Assembly (NCBI RefSeq): GCF_006345805.1
Contig: NC_042999.1
Span: forward strand, 31,558,001-31,622,000
DNA from: Octopus sinensis
Lineage: Eukaryota
DNA length: 64,000 nucleotides
Direction of reading: 5' to 3'
Shown: one piece after another, positions 22,345-37,499 of the stretch
How positions within the stretch are numbered: the stretch's first letter is position 1
Layout: each line of letters opens with the position of its first letter
Position numbers and translations under genes: made by a program
Notes under the pieces: model-generated
The model's input: only the letters and a program-made list of their open reading frames with translations
Database searches by the model: none
Told to the model about the DNA's origin: nothing

Positions 22345-22545
22345 TAATCTTTTATTCATCTCGTCTGTTTCATGATGCACCCATTTGACTGGGACCATTC
22401 TGGAGCACTGTCTTGTAGTCGAAGATATGGACCCCTGGACTTATTCTTTATAAGGCTGGGACTTATTCCATCGGTCTTCTATCGAACCGCTAAGTTACGA
22501 CGACTTAAATACACTACCATCGGTCGTCAAGCGATGTTTGGGTGC
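22345..22545 (-). mobile_element. SINE family A, diverged 3' tail
   Basis: CATTTGACTG..CTGGAGCAC..CGAACCGCTAAGTTACG..CATCGGTCGTCAAGCGATG. Confidence 0.65.
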
Positions 22546-24224
22546 GTATATGTGTGTGTGTGCGTGCGTAGATGTGTGTGTGTGTGGATGTGCCTGTGTG
22601 CTTATTTGTATTGTGAAAACAATGAAACAAAAATAACTTCTCATTCGTGGAGGGCCAAATTTTAACACATATTTGAACATGTGAAGGCTATGCAATGCAG
22701 TAAGCCTGTAGATATTTCGGGCGCTAGACGACTTTCATCCAAATGAATGTACAGAATGAGAGTAAAGGATAACTGTGAAAGAGAAAACAAGATTAATAAA
22801 CGGGAGTAAGAAAGAACCTGGCGAGGGATCACGAACGAAGACGGGTTGCGATTTATAAGAGTGAGTTAATGTAACATGAAAGAACGAGAGGGTGTGCGCT
22901 TTGACATAGCAAATGGTGCAGTTCTATGTGTGTGTGGGTTGTTCTATCTTTCTGAGTGCAACAGTGTGCATCTACACAGGTAGAGTAGTGTAGGTTATTG
23001 GGAGTGTAGTGTCGATGCGTTGTGTATGAGAAATGCGTGGAGATTAAGCGCTGCTAGGGGGCGCAAGTTGAGATAAAAAATAAGGCGAGAGAAATATGCG
23101 TGAGAGCGTCATAGATGTAAATACTGGAGTATGGCTGTGAGATGCTGAGGGTGCATACTTTGGATGCGCTCGTGATTTGCCAGAGATTTTCAATGTTTTA
23201 GTTTCGAATATATACATAAACACACACATATATACATCTATGTATAGGTAGCTATAGATATATTTTTTTAGTATATTATCACTACATATACACATTCGCA
23301 CACATGTGTGTGTATATACTATTATACATTCATACATATATGAACATATATGTATGTGTGCGTCCATGCATGTTTATATGCATGTAATTATGTAAGTGTG
23401 CGTATGTACGTATTTATGTATGCATGTATGTATGCAAGCATGTGTGTATGTATGTATAACTTTAGGTTATCATGTTTCATGTGCAACGACGTATATGTCT
23501 TCCAGCATAGCATATCTAAAATATATTCTCTATTTAAGAATAACTAACTCGTATTTTCTAAATGCTTTTTAACTTGCATCTCCTTTTATAGTTGTATTTA
23601 TACGTTATTTATTCTTCAAAAGGCATCGTGTTGAGAACAAGAATCTTCCCTGTAAGCTATCCATTACCAGAAACTTTAGTTCAAAATTGCAAATTAAATG
23701 ACTTTGCGTTCCTTGCCTCTGTAATAGAATCATTCTTATACGATTTAACTTTTATATAACATTCCATTAATACTTCGACAAGACCAAATCTGCGGTCAAC
23801 GTTCTGATATTCCGTACTGTAGCGTGCTCGAGGGTGTTACAAATACGAAAATGCTTTTGTATAAAGGTTTAGAAAATGTCATTCATCAGCAGAGTTAATT
23901 GAGGAGTACATATAAAGTTTCTGCTCTAAATTATATTCTGTAAAATTTCATGTCATGCAAGATAATAGAGAGAATGAGGATCACCCTTTCTCTCATCTTA
24001 TTATATTGCTGATACTTCGCTCCCAAATACTGTGAAGACCGAGCAGCAGCTGCTTCCTCTGTTTTCCTTACGGTAAGTCATTAATACAATGGAGTATTTT
24101 ATGTAAATAAATTTCGACCTCCTCTAATATCATCCTGCTTAAACGATGGACGTATCACGTATCAGTTCGGATGGTCACTGCTTTTGGTGGCTGACTAAAG
24201 ATAGCAGTATTGCTATAATTGATG

Positions 24225-24460
24225 GGCGGTGAGGCGGCGAACTGGCAGAAACGTTAGCACGCCAGGCGAAACGCTTAGCGTTATTTCGTCTAGCGTTACG
24301 TTTTGAGTTCAAATTCCACCGAGGTCGACTTTGCCTTTCATCTTTCGGAGTCGATTAAATAAGTGCCAGTTACTCACTGGGATCGATGTAATCGACTTAA
24401 TCCCTTTGTCTGTCTTTGTTTGTCCCCTCTATGTTTAGGACCCCTGTGGGCAATAAAGAA
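24225..24460 (+). mobile_element. SINE family B (tRNA-derived)
   Basis: GGCGGCGAACTGGCAGAAACGTTAGC..GAGTTCAAATTCC..GGTCGACTTTGCCTTTCATC; multiple copies in the window. Confidence 0.8.
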
Positions 24461-26920
24461 ATATATAATTGAAAGGTGGTATAGTAGGTAATGTGGTCAC
24501 CTTGCTTGCTGGTCTGTATTGGAAAACGTGGCCGCTATATGTGGTGGATTTTAGTAAACTTAATATATTCACTTCTGCTGATGATTTATAATGAAGGTGA
24601 CGAGAGCAGCGAGGTTGGGAGTCAACGTAAAGTAACATGATTACTGAGTTGATTCTTCTACATTAAAGCAATATGGTTCCACTTCTTTGTGATTTATCGT
24701 GTAGGAAATGTGTCACTGTGGTCATTGTTTTATATTAGATAACGTGGCTACTGTTGTTGCCTGTCTGTAGTAGGTAACGTAGACACTTTTTGTCTGTATA
24801 ATATATAATGAATGAAATATGGTTACTGTTAATTGAGCGCCACCAGTAGATCTGTTGGACTCATCATATATCAGTTACGTTCAACTATATGCAATATGTT
24901 TTCCATAAAAAATTTACGCGAGTAACCTTAGTTTACAAACTTTTTTACGCTACAAATATTGACATCATTCATGGCGGTTAAATACATTCTTACATTCGTT
25001 TTTTATGGAAGCTGTAATCAGCCAGAGTTAATGTCTGGAATATCAGAGTTCCCTTCGAGATTTCGCTTCAGCTTGGGGCAAATACTTTGTTGCAAAAACA
25101 CGTATAATACAACATTAATTTTCGCATTCTTTTGATTGTGTAATATAACTAGTCGACCATTTTATTTGCTTTATTTTTGCAATCAGTTTTCTCTTTTTTG
25201 TATATATATATATTTTTTTTATTTTTGAGCTCCGAGAAAATTTAATCAAGTAGTAATTAACAATAAAACTATTTTGTAATATGTGTGTAGTCTCATTGTC
25301 AGATAACAATGAATGCAAATACTATGATTTCTTTGAATGTCGTCGTTGCTTGGAGTATAGGCTTTGTTTTAATCTGTTGTATTCCAGCAGGATTTGAAAA
25401 TAGAAGAATAACGAATTGTATTTCAATAATGAAGATGGATGTGTATTGATAGTCGGCGAGATTTTGCCATAAAATACTAGTATGGTCAGAATCAGCCACA
25501 TCAAAGTTTAGTCGAAGAGAACAATAGTGTTTTCAGGCAAGTTAGACAGATGTATTTTATAGAGCTAAGTCAATGGTGTAATGTGGCATTCATGCCTACT
25601 TCATAACCAAATTTGGTATGTCAAAATGAATACAAATCAGTGTTGCAGAATTAGCTTTTTAATGCATAACACTCTCCTGGATAACATTGATTTCTTACAC
25701 TGACGCAAAACATATACCTCAAGGAAAACAAATACACGAATAGGCTTCATTATAAAACTGGTACTAATTTACCATTCAAACTCAGTTGAATGGAGAACTG
25801 AACTATGCTTGAGAAGAGCATAAAGAAACATTTAATATGTTACCTTTGCTCCGTTTCCCTACATCTAACTCCTACATTAGAAGCTTGAACATTTCAATAT
25901 GCGAGTCATCGAAATAATTTCTATATGATTACTGGAATTGCTCGATAAAATATTCAAAACTACTTTGATTACATACTATTATCTTTAAAAGGGAACGACA
26001 TATTGGATGTCGTTATCGTGAACATGGAATCTGAATACAAAGAAAAGCATCAGACTGGTGAATGATAAAACACAGTTGAACATATGCCTGCTCAATAACA
26101 ACACCAATTAAGATAATGATATCTTTATCGATATCATTTTGGACAAGCATCAACCGTGAAGTATATCAATAGAAATTAGGCTATATTACGAAGATTTGAA
26201 ATGATTTACAAATAAAATTCTATCTATATCGCAAAATGTGAAATATCTAAATGAAATGAAAAAAAAAATTAAAACATGAAAGCAGGAAAAGGTCAAGCTA
26301 TGACATAACTTCGAATAAAACCAGAAGAAATTGATTAATGTTCGTAGAAAGACTGAAGCTAATAAACTAATAACAGATTTCTGAAATAAAATTGTCAAGG
26401 GAATATGATTGAAATTTCAGTAAAATCGAATCTGATGTCATTAACCATGAGAAATAATTTCGCAAATTACTCTGGACAGAATCAAATTTTACAGTTGAAT
26501 ATGCAGACAAGAATCGTCTCGGTAATTGTGTAATTTTAACAATCAACTGAATAAGCGCATGATATAAATCTTACAATAGCCCGACGATCAAACACATGCG
26601 AAATATAAAGAGTAGGGGCCCTACAAACGTAGTTTATATAAAGTCGAGTTCTAGAGATTACCTTATTATAGCACAGATGTGTGCTCTTACGGAAGCATAG
26701 GTTGATTCAATGCAGTACGGTGTAACCCTGTCATATTTTCCGACATAATATGTATTTACATGTCGCCTTAATTCTACAGAGCACACACATTTCCAAAAGA
26801 ATTTCGTATATAGGGATATTCGCATGCCTGTACGCTAAATTATATGTATGCGTGTTCATGTATATATCTATATCTATCTATGTACTTTTCTTTCTCGCGA
26901 TTTCTCTCTCCCCCTCCCTC

Positions 26921-26962
<42 letters not shown>

Positions 26963-27072
26963 CACAATATATGTATATGTGTATATATTATGTATATATA
27001 TATGTATATTTATATGTATATATATGTATATATATACATATATATATAATATATATGTGTATATATATATGT

Positions 27073-27120
<48 letters not shown>

Positions 27121-27296
27121 TATATATATAGATATATATATATATATTATATATATATATATATAATTAATCAAAGGACATACTAGGTATGTCAACCTGC
27201 TTGAAATAACAGTCAAAACTCTTATTAAATCGCCCAAAAATACACCGATGAAAACTACAGAAATAAAACGAAGGCAAAATCAAAAACATTCGTAAA

Positions 27297-27338
<42 letters not shown>

Positions 27339-27950
27339 AATTAATTATATATATATATATAATTTTCAAAAAGCGAACAATTAAAACGTAATCGATAGGT
27401 AGGACTATATACTTTCGTGTTTAGTTGACATTCACATTACGTTTTTTAATTCAGAAAATTTTTTTGGTATTGAACTGATGAGCTTTCTGATAGTATATTA
27501 TGGAATTTCTGCCCAATTTTCATGCAACAATCGAAACAATTCATCATTAGATTTAGGATTGTGTAGAGTTTTACTTATAGCTGAATCTAGTATGCTCCAA
27601 AGATTTTCAATTGGGTGCATGTCACGAGATTGGCTCGGCCAAGGAAACCTTTTGATCACATTTTCAGTCAGCCATTCCTAATTCCTCTTCGCTGTGTTGC
27701 ATGGAGCCCCATCTTCTATGAATAAAAGCTCATTTTCGCTATGTAATCATGTAAATATTTATTAGAGTATATGGTTCCAACACATTCGATCAGCTGAGAA
27801 CGATGACAGAACCCTATACCATTAAAGAGATACCGGCAAGTTTCACAGTTGGTTGGAGTTTTTCAAATAAAATTCTTGACTGGGAAGCCTCGAGACCCAA
27901 ACAAATCCACTGTCTGAAAATAATGCAAGTCTAGATTCATCTCAGAAAAT

Positions 27951-28298
27951 CACGAGGTTTCCAGCTGATTCGATTAACGGAACAGCCTGCACCTGAAATT
28001 AACTTGTAAATGGCTGATCACGTGTACCCTTAACAAAGCTCTTGGGGAGATTCACTATGACATAGGGTGTGACAAGGCTCACCCTTTGAAATACAGGTAC
28101 AACAGAAAGAGGAACGAAGAGTGAGAGTAAGGTGTGGTGAAGGAGCACAGTAGGGTTCGCCACCACACCCTTGCCGGACCCTCAAGGAGCTTTGGGTGTT
28201 TTCGTTCAATAAACACTCACAATGCCCTATCTGGGTATTGAAACCACGATCCCACAACTGCTAGTCCATTGCCTTTACCACTGGGCCATTTCGCCTCC
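27951..28298 (-). mobile_element. SINE family C (tRNA-derived)
   Basis: Minus strand starts GGAGGCGAAATGGCCCAGTGG (A box) ..GGTTTCAATACC (B box), followed by a non-tRNA body. Confidence 0.7.
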
Positions 28299-29066
28299 AC
28301 ACACACACACACACACACATATATAGTAAAGATAATAATCCTTGGATGGGATTCACAAATATTTAATGTATCGCTACGCAATCATAGTCCGTATTCCTAC
28401 GGACTATTATCTTAAGAGACATGTGATTTGCGGAAACGTGAGTAGCGACACACTGAATATTTATAAATTCCATCTGAAGATTATTGTTATTATTACTACA
28501 TATTTCTTACATTATATCGGTACATGATGCAACCCCAAAAACTGGTTCACCAGACAGCAACATTAGACTGTGGCCTGCGTAATGGAATAGGAGCTTTGTT
28601 TGCATATTCAGAGGGTTTCCCGTAAACAAACTTAAAATATCTGTGTATTTGTGTACGTGTACATATATGTATGCATATACCAATATGCATGCATATAGAT
28701 ATACATTGTTTTCTTTGTTAATAGGAATAAAAGTGTATCAGTATTCAATAATGGTGAATATAAATTGAATGACTTTTTATTTGATATTTTAGAGATCACA
28801 ATGCGTCACTTTCGATACGTTGACATGTCTTGGAAAGTGACGTATTTTCTCCATAGTAATATTTTTGCATTGCGTTTGATATTCATGTTGATGAACACGC
28901 TTAACACATACACATATATACAATTACATACATATATACATACATACATGTATATATATATAGACAAGTAAACAAATAAATGTGTTGTATGATCATAACT
29001 GTCTGACGAACGGTAACATGAAACACAGTAAAACACTGTGAAGACTTTTTCGGCTTTAGTAAAAGG

Positions 29067-29130
<64 letters not shown>

Positions 29131-32100
29131 CGTGTGCATGTGGGCTTGTGTGTATCTGTGTCTCTGCGTGTCTGTGTGATACCTTTTATGAGGAAATATC
29201 GAAATTTCAGGTTCGTTGGATTTATGTGGCTGTGATATGTTTTCCGGCTTTATGTAGCCTTTCACAGGTTGAAAGATTGCACCATTTGATGATAATTAGG
29301 TAAACTGAGCAAGTAGTTATATAGGAAAGGGTGAACAGAGGCTGATAGTATGAAAGTAGAAATTGCGTGAATGTGAGTATAGAAAAAGTTACGGCGAAGA
29401 GATTTATTTTGGTTTGATGTTGCAATTTTTTTATTGATACTGGTTCAGTCAGGCATGGGAGCCAAAGTTTAAACAGATACTTCAAATTCAGGTCTCGATA
29501 TACTTTGAATATAAGGTTAACACCGTCTTTTGGCTTAAACTTTGAAGCTATAAAATGTAGTTGATAGGATTTAAGTTAATATATGCCAACTCAAAATCAT
29601 GGCGATTAACGTTTGTATACTGTTGTAGGACACAAAAGAAAGACACGATATTTAAAGAAGCATTTCAAGAAATAGTTGTCTATTAAAGATTTCGTTCTTG
29701 CGGCTGAGGTAGGTATGCAGAGTATTTTAAGTTTTATAGCATCTGCGTCCACTTTTAGGCTGGTTCTTTACTTCTTGCCATCATTTATATAGGTCTTTTC
29801 TTTTTTTCTCTGTCGAGCTCTCTACATTTGATAATAAAATATCTTCCACAGTTTTAAGGAAAACGCATCCTTCCTAAGACTCGGTTGTGTTAAACTAATT
29901 AATATACCACATAAACAATAAATGGCCACTATCGTAATTCAGCACTGTTTCTTTCTACTAATATTCACACACAAGACTTTGGACAACGGTGGTTCTTTAG
30001 AAAATACAAGTGTATAGTTACGTACATTGGACCTACACTATCAGCATGTCCTTCTGAAGCGAGGTTGTTAACCATGTATCCATATTCACATATACCTATT
30101 AACACATATATTCTTACATCTTCAACTGCTGTGCTAAATAGCAGCAAGGTGAAGCTACGTTTGATTGGACACAGTCAAGACTGTAGGTGTTGTAAATATG
30201 TAGAATGTAGAACATTTATAATGGGAACAGGGAAGTGTGATACATGACATGCGCATTGTAAATATACATTGACTTTTACATTCAGCCTGTGGCGGAAAGT
30301 GGTTGCACATCACAACTTATACCATAATGTATCATCAACAATATAAAGTATAATGCTGGAACCTCTACTAAAGCATTAGACCTGCAAGAAATAACAGTAA
30401 AATCTCGCTCAATTTATGTAATTTCGTTTTAAAGTAAAATAAAACAAACGAACATATTACTAAAGTTCAAGATACGTCAAAATTGCAAGTTGATACCTGT
30501 TGATATGGATTTGATAAAATATCTGATCCCTTCATAGATGATCAAGTACTAAACAGCACAACAACGAGGGGAAAGTAACCTATAATGAAATATGTTGCTT
30601 CATCAAAGTTATTTATTAATAGTCTGTCCCTTGAACAGATGTAACCATCAATAATATTAATAAATATACAGAAAATCTGTTAATTTCACATCTAAATAAT
30701 TTCAAAATTCTTGGTCCTGTTAAACACAGTAATGTGTAAATTTCGTGCAGTAACGGTAACTTTTCCTTTTGTAAATCCTTGAACTATCTTTTATAAATGG
30801 CAGTTCCTGTGCGAGTTATTAAATATGTGAAGACTTGGTGGGGCACTTGGCGGGGGACTTAAGGGTGTCGAACAAAATAAATTATTGTATTTCTTTACGT
30901 ACTGAGTTTAGATCCTACAGACTTCAAGGTCGCTGGAAAATAAAATGTCAGTCAAGTATTGGATCGATATAACTACTACACTCTCTGTCAAACCATGTGA
31001 TCTTGTGCAAGTGTTTAACTCAATATCATTGATGGCACTGTTGTTCATTTAAAACTTCTGTACTAGGTAGAATGTAAGGTCATTGGTTTGAGTCTGAATA
31101 ATTAATCACATATCAATTAATACCTTTACAATTCACAGATCAACCAATCTATTCGTAATATAATTAATTAAATGCATAATAAGAAATATTGCCTGAGGTG
31201 TGTTTTGCTCGACAGAATGTTATAATAATATTTTTCTTGTAAGAACACTCACGCGAAATGTTTCTGTCAGAAAGAGACAAAACCATGTTATATAATGAAT
31301 ATATTATAAAAGGTTTCATTATATGTGTAGAACAACATTTGAATAAATCAAATCTGTAGTAACGCATTAGCATAATTACCTAAATGGCACATCCGTGAGT
31401 CATTAATTCTAATCTCAATACTGTAGGGTTGAACATTTTGGATGAGGGATATTAGTCGCATAAGCCACACTGTCTAACAAAATGTGTCGATGAATTATAC
31501 CGAAGGTTTGGTTTATTGTAGGAACAATTATCTAGAAATTACAATTACGTAATAAGAGGAATTAGTTGATCCAAATCGATGCAAAATATGGCAGCAAATC
31601 TAATCGAGGTGCAGAATTTCACTTGCAAAAACTGCGTGGTTTCGGTTTCTATCGGTTTCTACGACCAGGTCTTCTTTACCATAGCCTTGAGTCAACCAAA
31701 TCTTTCAAAATAATTTTCGGTAGATCGAAACCATAATTTGTCTATTCCTAGGTACCACTTTAGTTTTTGCGTGGTAGGATTCATCTTTCACCCACTTTAT
31801 CACTACCATCTGGATTTTGTATACTTTTAACGGAGTCTACTCTGGTCTCTGGTTTCTAAACAACTTCATTCTTTATTCTCAGCACTAAGAGGTTCCATAA
31901 CCAGGCAATTTCCACCAGTCTTGTTCTGAAAAAGCAAAGGAATAAAACAAAAGTAGCTCAAGTTTTTGAATACAAAACAGCTTCGTCAAAGAGAGGACAG
32001 AGTAGACTAAAACCTATAACATTCCATCAATATTGTAGCCGAATCTATATCAATGATCTCAATAAAGGTCATTACATACCATCAATGCAAACACATTGAC

Positions 32101-32814
32101 AGATTGTCAAAATAGATATGGCAGTATTGATACATCCACCAACACCATCAGCATATCTATAACAACAGGTAGTTATTATATATACTACCAACACAGCCTA
32201 CACATCTACTCAACAAATGATTAACATGCATCGCCATCATATCTGTTTCTATCTAGTCATTATAAATTATTAATTTTATCACCACTATTCTAACATCTAT
32301 TGGTAGTTATTATATACCGTACACCAGCAAAGCTATATTAACAGCTGGTAATCACTTGTACCACCAAATCTACTTCAACCACGTCTACATCCATCGCTCC
32401 AACTATATATTATATACCCAGGCATCTACTAAACAACTTCTCGTTATATACCAGTACAACACCTACATGTATATTATTACATGCACCAAATATATATCCA
32501 CTTCCAACAGCAACTTTACTTTGAATAGAGGTGACAGCAAGAAACAATATCTCCATGAATTTGAAAAAAAGAAAGGACATATCGTATAATGTAATCACAG
32601 ATATTGTCACATTCTGTCAAAAATGTACGGCAGGGAATGTTGATTGCTAAAACATCAACATCTGCATCACTATCAACAACAAAAGACAGAAGCTGCATAG
32701 TATCTCTATCCGGTGACTAAATTTACTACAATTAACAACCTTAAAAATATCATGACACCCACTATCTTAAAAGAGGAAAAAAAAACCGGTCAATACAGTT
32801 TTATATCCACAAAA

Positions 32815-33215
32815 CACAGGAAAGTCATGCCTGGAACGATCTTTGATCGCATATTTGTTCAACCAAGGCTGAACTAAATCTAAATACATAAGAGACAACT
32901 CTTCCTACATCCCTTTATAGAAAACCCGAAAAGGTCATGACTAGAACGAATTTCATCAAATATCTATTCAAACTGGTTGATTTAGGATTAAACAACTATA
33001 AACAAGAAGTATTCTTATATCTCTCTGTGTTCAAAAAACGGGAAGGTCATGCTTCAGACGTCTTTGATCAAAGATTTGTTCAACCTAGGAGATCTAGGAC
33101 TAGATAGCCATAATTAAGAATCATTCCTACATCCCTCTTTATGAAACACTGATGTTCATGGCTGGAACGCCTTTGATCAGAATTCTGTTCAAAGAATGTT
33201 GATCTAGAACTAAAC
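32815..33215. repeat. Degenerate ~110 bp tandem repeat, four units
   Basis: TCATG..GAACG..TTTGATC..T.TTCAA anchors at 32825, 32935, 33047 and 33156. Confidence 0.75.
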
Positions 33216-33399
33216 TACTGTGTTCACATCGCCTTCTACAATCAAATTATCATTGTTATTATAGTCCACTACCTAAGAAAAAATCTGATTCATCTCAGAC
33301 CATACCTATCACTACTTCACCTTGCAAAACTGCTTGCTAAACTCTAATTATCTTCACAATATCAGCCGTAGTATATAATCTCTACAAAACTCATGCCAC

Positions 33400-34650
33400 C
33401 ACCACCCCATACCAACACCATTACACCATCAGCACCAAGACCCCGCCGCCGCCGCCGCAATCACTGTCACCATCACCGCCACCAAGACCCCCACCACCAC
33501 CACAACCACAACCACTACCATCCCGAACATCAACATCACCACCATCATACATGAACAGCCACCACCACCACCACACCACCACCACCACCACCACCACCAC
33601 CATCACCACAACTACCATGAACACCACTACCACCATTACCACCAACTTTACCATCATCACCATTACACAATCACCACTAAGACCACCGCCAAAACCACCG
33701 CCACCAAGACCACCACCACTATCATCACCAACATCAACATCACCACCATCGTACATGAACAACCACCACCACCATCACCACAACTACCATGAACACCACT
33801 ACCACCATTACCACCAACTTTACCATCATCACCATTACACAATCACCACTAAGACCACCGCCACCAAGACCACCACCACTATCATCACCAACATCAACAT
33901 CACCACCATCGTACATGAACAACCACCACCACCATCACCACAACTACCATGAAGACCACTACAACCATTACCACCAACTTTACCATCATCACCAAGACCA
34001 CTGCCACCATCACTGCCACGACGACCACCACTACCACCACCACTACCTTCACCAACATCAACATCACCACCATCATACATGAACAACCACCACCACCACC
34101 ACAATCACCACAACTACCACTACCACCACTACCACCAACTTTACCATGAATACCATCGCCACCGCGCCGCCACTACTGCCGCTTCCGCTACCACTGCTAC
34201 TTCCACCACCAATCGTTACTGCCACCATCGACATTAGGATTCAAAATAGAATTATTAGCCCCTCTTCTGCGGACACTATAAGTCACCGCTGCTACTGCTA
34301 CTGCTACCGCTGCTACGGTTATTGTTGTGCTGCTGCTGCTGCTGCTACTACTACTACTATTATTGCTACTACCCCTACTGTTGCTGCAACTGCTGCTGCT
34401 GCTGTCACGGTCACCCTAGCAACTGCTACAGCACAAACACTTCTACCACAAAATGGTACGAAATTTATGTAAGAGACTAGAGCAAGCAACATTACAACAT
34501 CTATTTCCGTAGTCATTTTCAAACATCACAGATATCACCACCACCACCACCACCACCACTACCAAAACATTTACCACGACGACGACGACCAACACCACCA
34601 CCACCACTATAGCTTTTCCCTTGGTCATTCTAAACAGATACCTGTACCAC
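33400..34650. repeat. (CAC/ACC)-rich low-complexity tract with a 160-204 bp higher-order repeat
   Basis: TACATGAAC anchors with ATG at 33551, 33755, 33915 and 34079. Confidence 0.85.
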
Positions 34651-35051
34651 CACTACTTTACAAATTCGACGCCGCCATTACATCCAGCGACTACAACCGC
34701 CATCACCGCTACAAGCAGCCAGTAGCTAACATCTCGATCACGAGGCATCGATGACAGTTGTATTGGTAGGACTACTAGCGCCACTATTTTGGTTTTAGCT
34801 TCGCGACAAAGCAACGGTGAAGACAAAAAGTTCGTCGCCTGCGAATTAGTGAAACACACACACACAGACACGCACACACACATAAATGATCATACACACA
34901 TATGCACACACGCACGCACGTGCACATCCTCGCACGTGCACACGAACGCAAACAAGCAGAGACATAAATACAAACACATGCATACATATAAAAATAGATT
35001 TCTATATGTGTGTGTGTGTGTGTTTGTGTATGTGTGTGTTGTGTGCGAATG

Positions 35052-35116
<65 letters not shown>

Positions 35117-35164
35117 ATATATGTATGAGTGTGTCTGTGTCTGAGTGTTTGTATATGTATATAC

Positions 35165-35545
35165 GAATTCTTTTATTCTTTTATTTCTTTACTCGTTGCA
35201 GTCATTTCACTGACCTCAGAATTAATTTTTATAAGCCTAGTGCTTATTCTATCGTTCTCTTTTGCCGATCTGCTAAACCACGGGGACATAAACACACCAG
35301 CTTCGATTGTCAAACGATGCAAGGATACAAAAACAAATGCAAACAAGCATAAATATACGCACGCATGCACACACACACACACACACACACGCGCGCGCGC
35401 TCACACGCATATGCATACGTGGGGTTTCTTCCAGTTTCCTTCTACCAAATTCCCTCATTCCGCTCGAGGCGACAGTAGAAGACACTTGCCCAATGTGCCA
35501 CGCAGTCGCATTGAACCCGGAACGATGTGGGTAAGAAGCAAGTGT
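35165..35545 (-). mobile_element. SINE family A, diverged copy
   Basis: GAAGACACTTGCCCAATGTGCCACGCAG..TTGAACCCGGAAC and tail motifs on the minus strand. Confidence 0.7.
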
Positions 35546-35630
35546 AATTTATCGATACATATGTATGAGTGTAGGTTTGAATGCGTGTGTGCGTGTCTAG
35601 AGACAGAGAGACAGATATATATATATATAT

Positions 35631-35662
<32 letters not shown>

Positions 35663-36299
35663 ATATATATATGTAAATATATACACATTTATAGAAATGT
35701 TTATATGCTTGAACGTGTTTATTTGTGTGCATAAAAAGCAAATGCATACATCTCAACATGCATACATATTAAAGCATACAGACTTACACACACGCTTATA
35801 TACACGTATACTTTTAAACTTGCATGTATACACACACACACACACACACACTCCCACACACACATACACACACACATATATACAGCCACCAGAAAAAATG
35901 TCGTCACGTGATTTGTGTCTGCAGGATAAAGCTAAATATAGTGTATAGTGAGAGTTTGAAATAAAATAGCATCGACTTGAAATGAAGTCAGTTTTAGCAT
36001 AGCATCTGTAGATTCAAAGAGAATTGCTAACAACTGCAAATCTGACCACAAAAGCAACACAACAGTAGCTGCTGTTCACAAGCATCAGAACAGACAAAAA
36101 AATAAGCATAACAACAGCAAACAACCAAAAAGTAAATGTAGCAACAGCGACAGCAATAAAATCAGCAACAACTAGAACAATAACAAAAGTTGAAGTTAGT
36201 TCACGTCATTTTAGAAATGCTCCAAAATATTTTGAGCATCGTGCTAAAGATTCTAATCGCTCGCCTCTTTGCAATGATAATAATAATAATAGTGTAATT

Positions 36300-36520
36300 A
36301 TTATCCTTTCCACTAAAGGCACAAATTTTGAAATTTTGGGGAAGGAGACTAGTCGATTACTTACAAGTAAGTACACTGGTACTTACTTAATCTATCGACC
36401 CCGAAAGGATAATAGACAATGTCGACCAATGTGGAATTTGAAACTCGGAAGGTAAGGAAGGACAAAATGCCGGTAGGCACTGTCACCGGTGTGTTAACGA
36501 TTCTTCCAGCTCATCGCCTT
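36300..36520 (-). mobile_element. SINE family B, diverged; a further 3' fragment lies at 36680-36795
   Basis: ATCGACCCCGAAAGGAT..GTCGACC..GGAATTTGAA..CCAGCTCATCGCC. Confidence 0.7.
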
Positions 36521-36539
36521 ACTACTACTACTACTACTA

Positions 36540-36570
<31 letters not shown>

Positions 36571-36588
36571 ATGATGATGATGATGGTC

Positions 36589-36661
<73 letters not shown>

Positions 36662-36679
36662 TAATAATAATAATAATAC
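36521..36679. repeat. Compound (TAC)n-(GAT)n-(TAA)n microsatellite
   Basis: Read directly. Confidence 0.95.
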
Positions 36680-37213
36680 TCCTTTCTACTATATGCACAA
36701 AATCTGAAATATTGGGAGAGGGGAGCAGTAGATTACAGTGACCCCAGTGTTTCATTGCTACTTAATTTATGGACCCCGAATGGATGACCTTGACTTTCAT
36801 TTCTCTGTGTAGAATGTCATCCAGCTCCAAAATCCCTAATTATTTATAACCAATAACGTCGGATTCACCCATGGTCTCTCCTGATGGTAATCACAATCCT
36901 CTGTAGGCTGCTTTCTTCTCTCTTTTTATATTAAATACTGAGCATTTGGTGATCCCAAATTCCCTGCTGATAGCCCTACCTCACTTCTGGACTGTTTTGG
37001 TGAAGGAATATATCTGCTTTTTCAGATTTCCCAAACAATTTCATGTCATACGTTAACAGAAGACGGTTCAATGATGGGCCTTTCTTCCCACATCTGAAAT
37101 CCATCTTAACTTTCCTAAGTGTCATTGTTATGGGTATTAGTACAATTACAAAAAGTAACGACGAAAACGAGTCACCTTGGAAGATATTCCTTTTAATATC
37201 AACTTCTCCAAAA

Positions 37214-37415
37214 GCGGCGTGCTGGCAGAAACGTTTGCACGCCGGGCAAAATGCTTAGCGGTATTTCGTCTGTTTACACGTTCTGAGTTCAAATTCCTCC
37301 GAAGTCGACTTTGCCTTTTATCATTTCGGGGTCGATAGATTAAATACCAACTGCGTACTGGGCTCGATCTAATCGAACCCAGTTACGTAGTTGTGCCTAG
37401 AATAGAAAGGAATAT
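37214..37415 (+). mobile_element. SINE family B
   Basis: GCGGCGTGCTGGCAGAAACG..CTGAGTTCAAATTCC..GTCGACTTTGCC..GGGGTCGATA. Confidence 0.85.
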
Positions 37416-37437
37416 GAACTTATCAAAGGAAGTTACA

Positions 37438-37446
37438 TTATTATTA

Positions 37447-37499
<53 letters not shown>

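Noticed and set aside
28990-29045. CTGACGA..GAAAC followed by a CACAGT/ACTGTG hairpin
   Set aside because: The required UH cleavage triplet and stem I pairing are missing.
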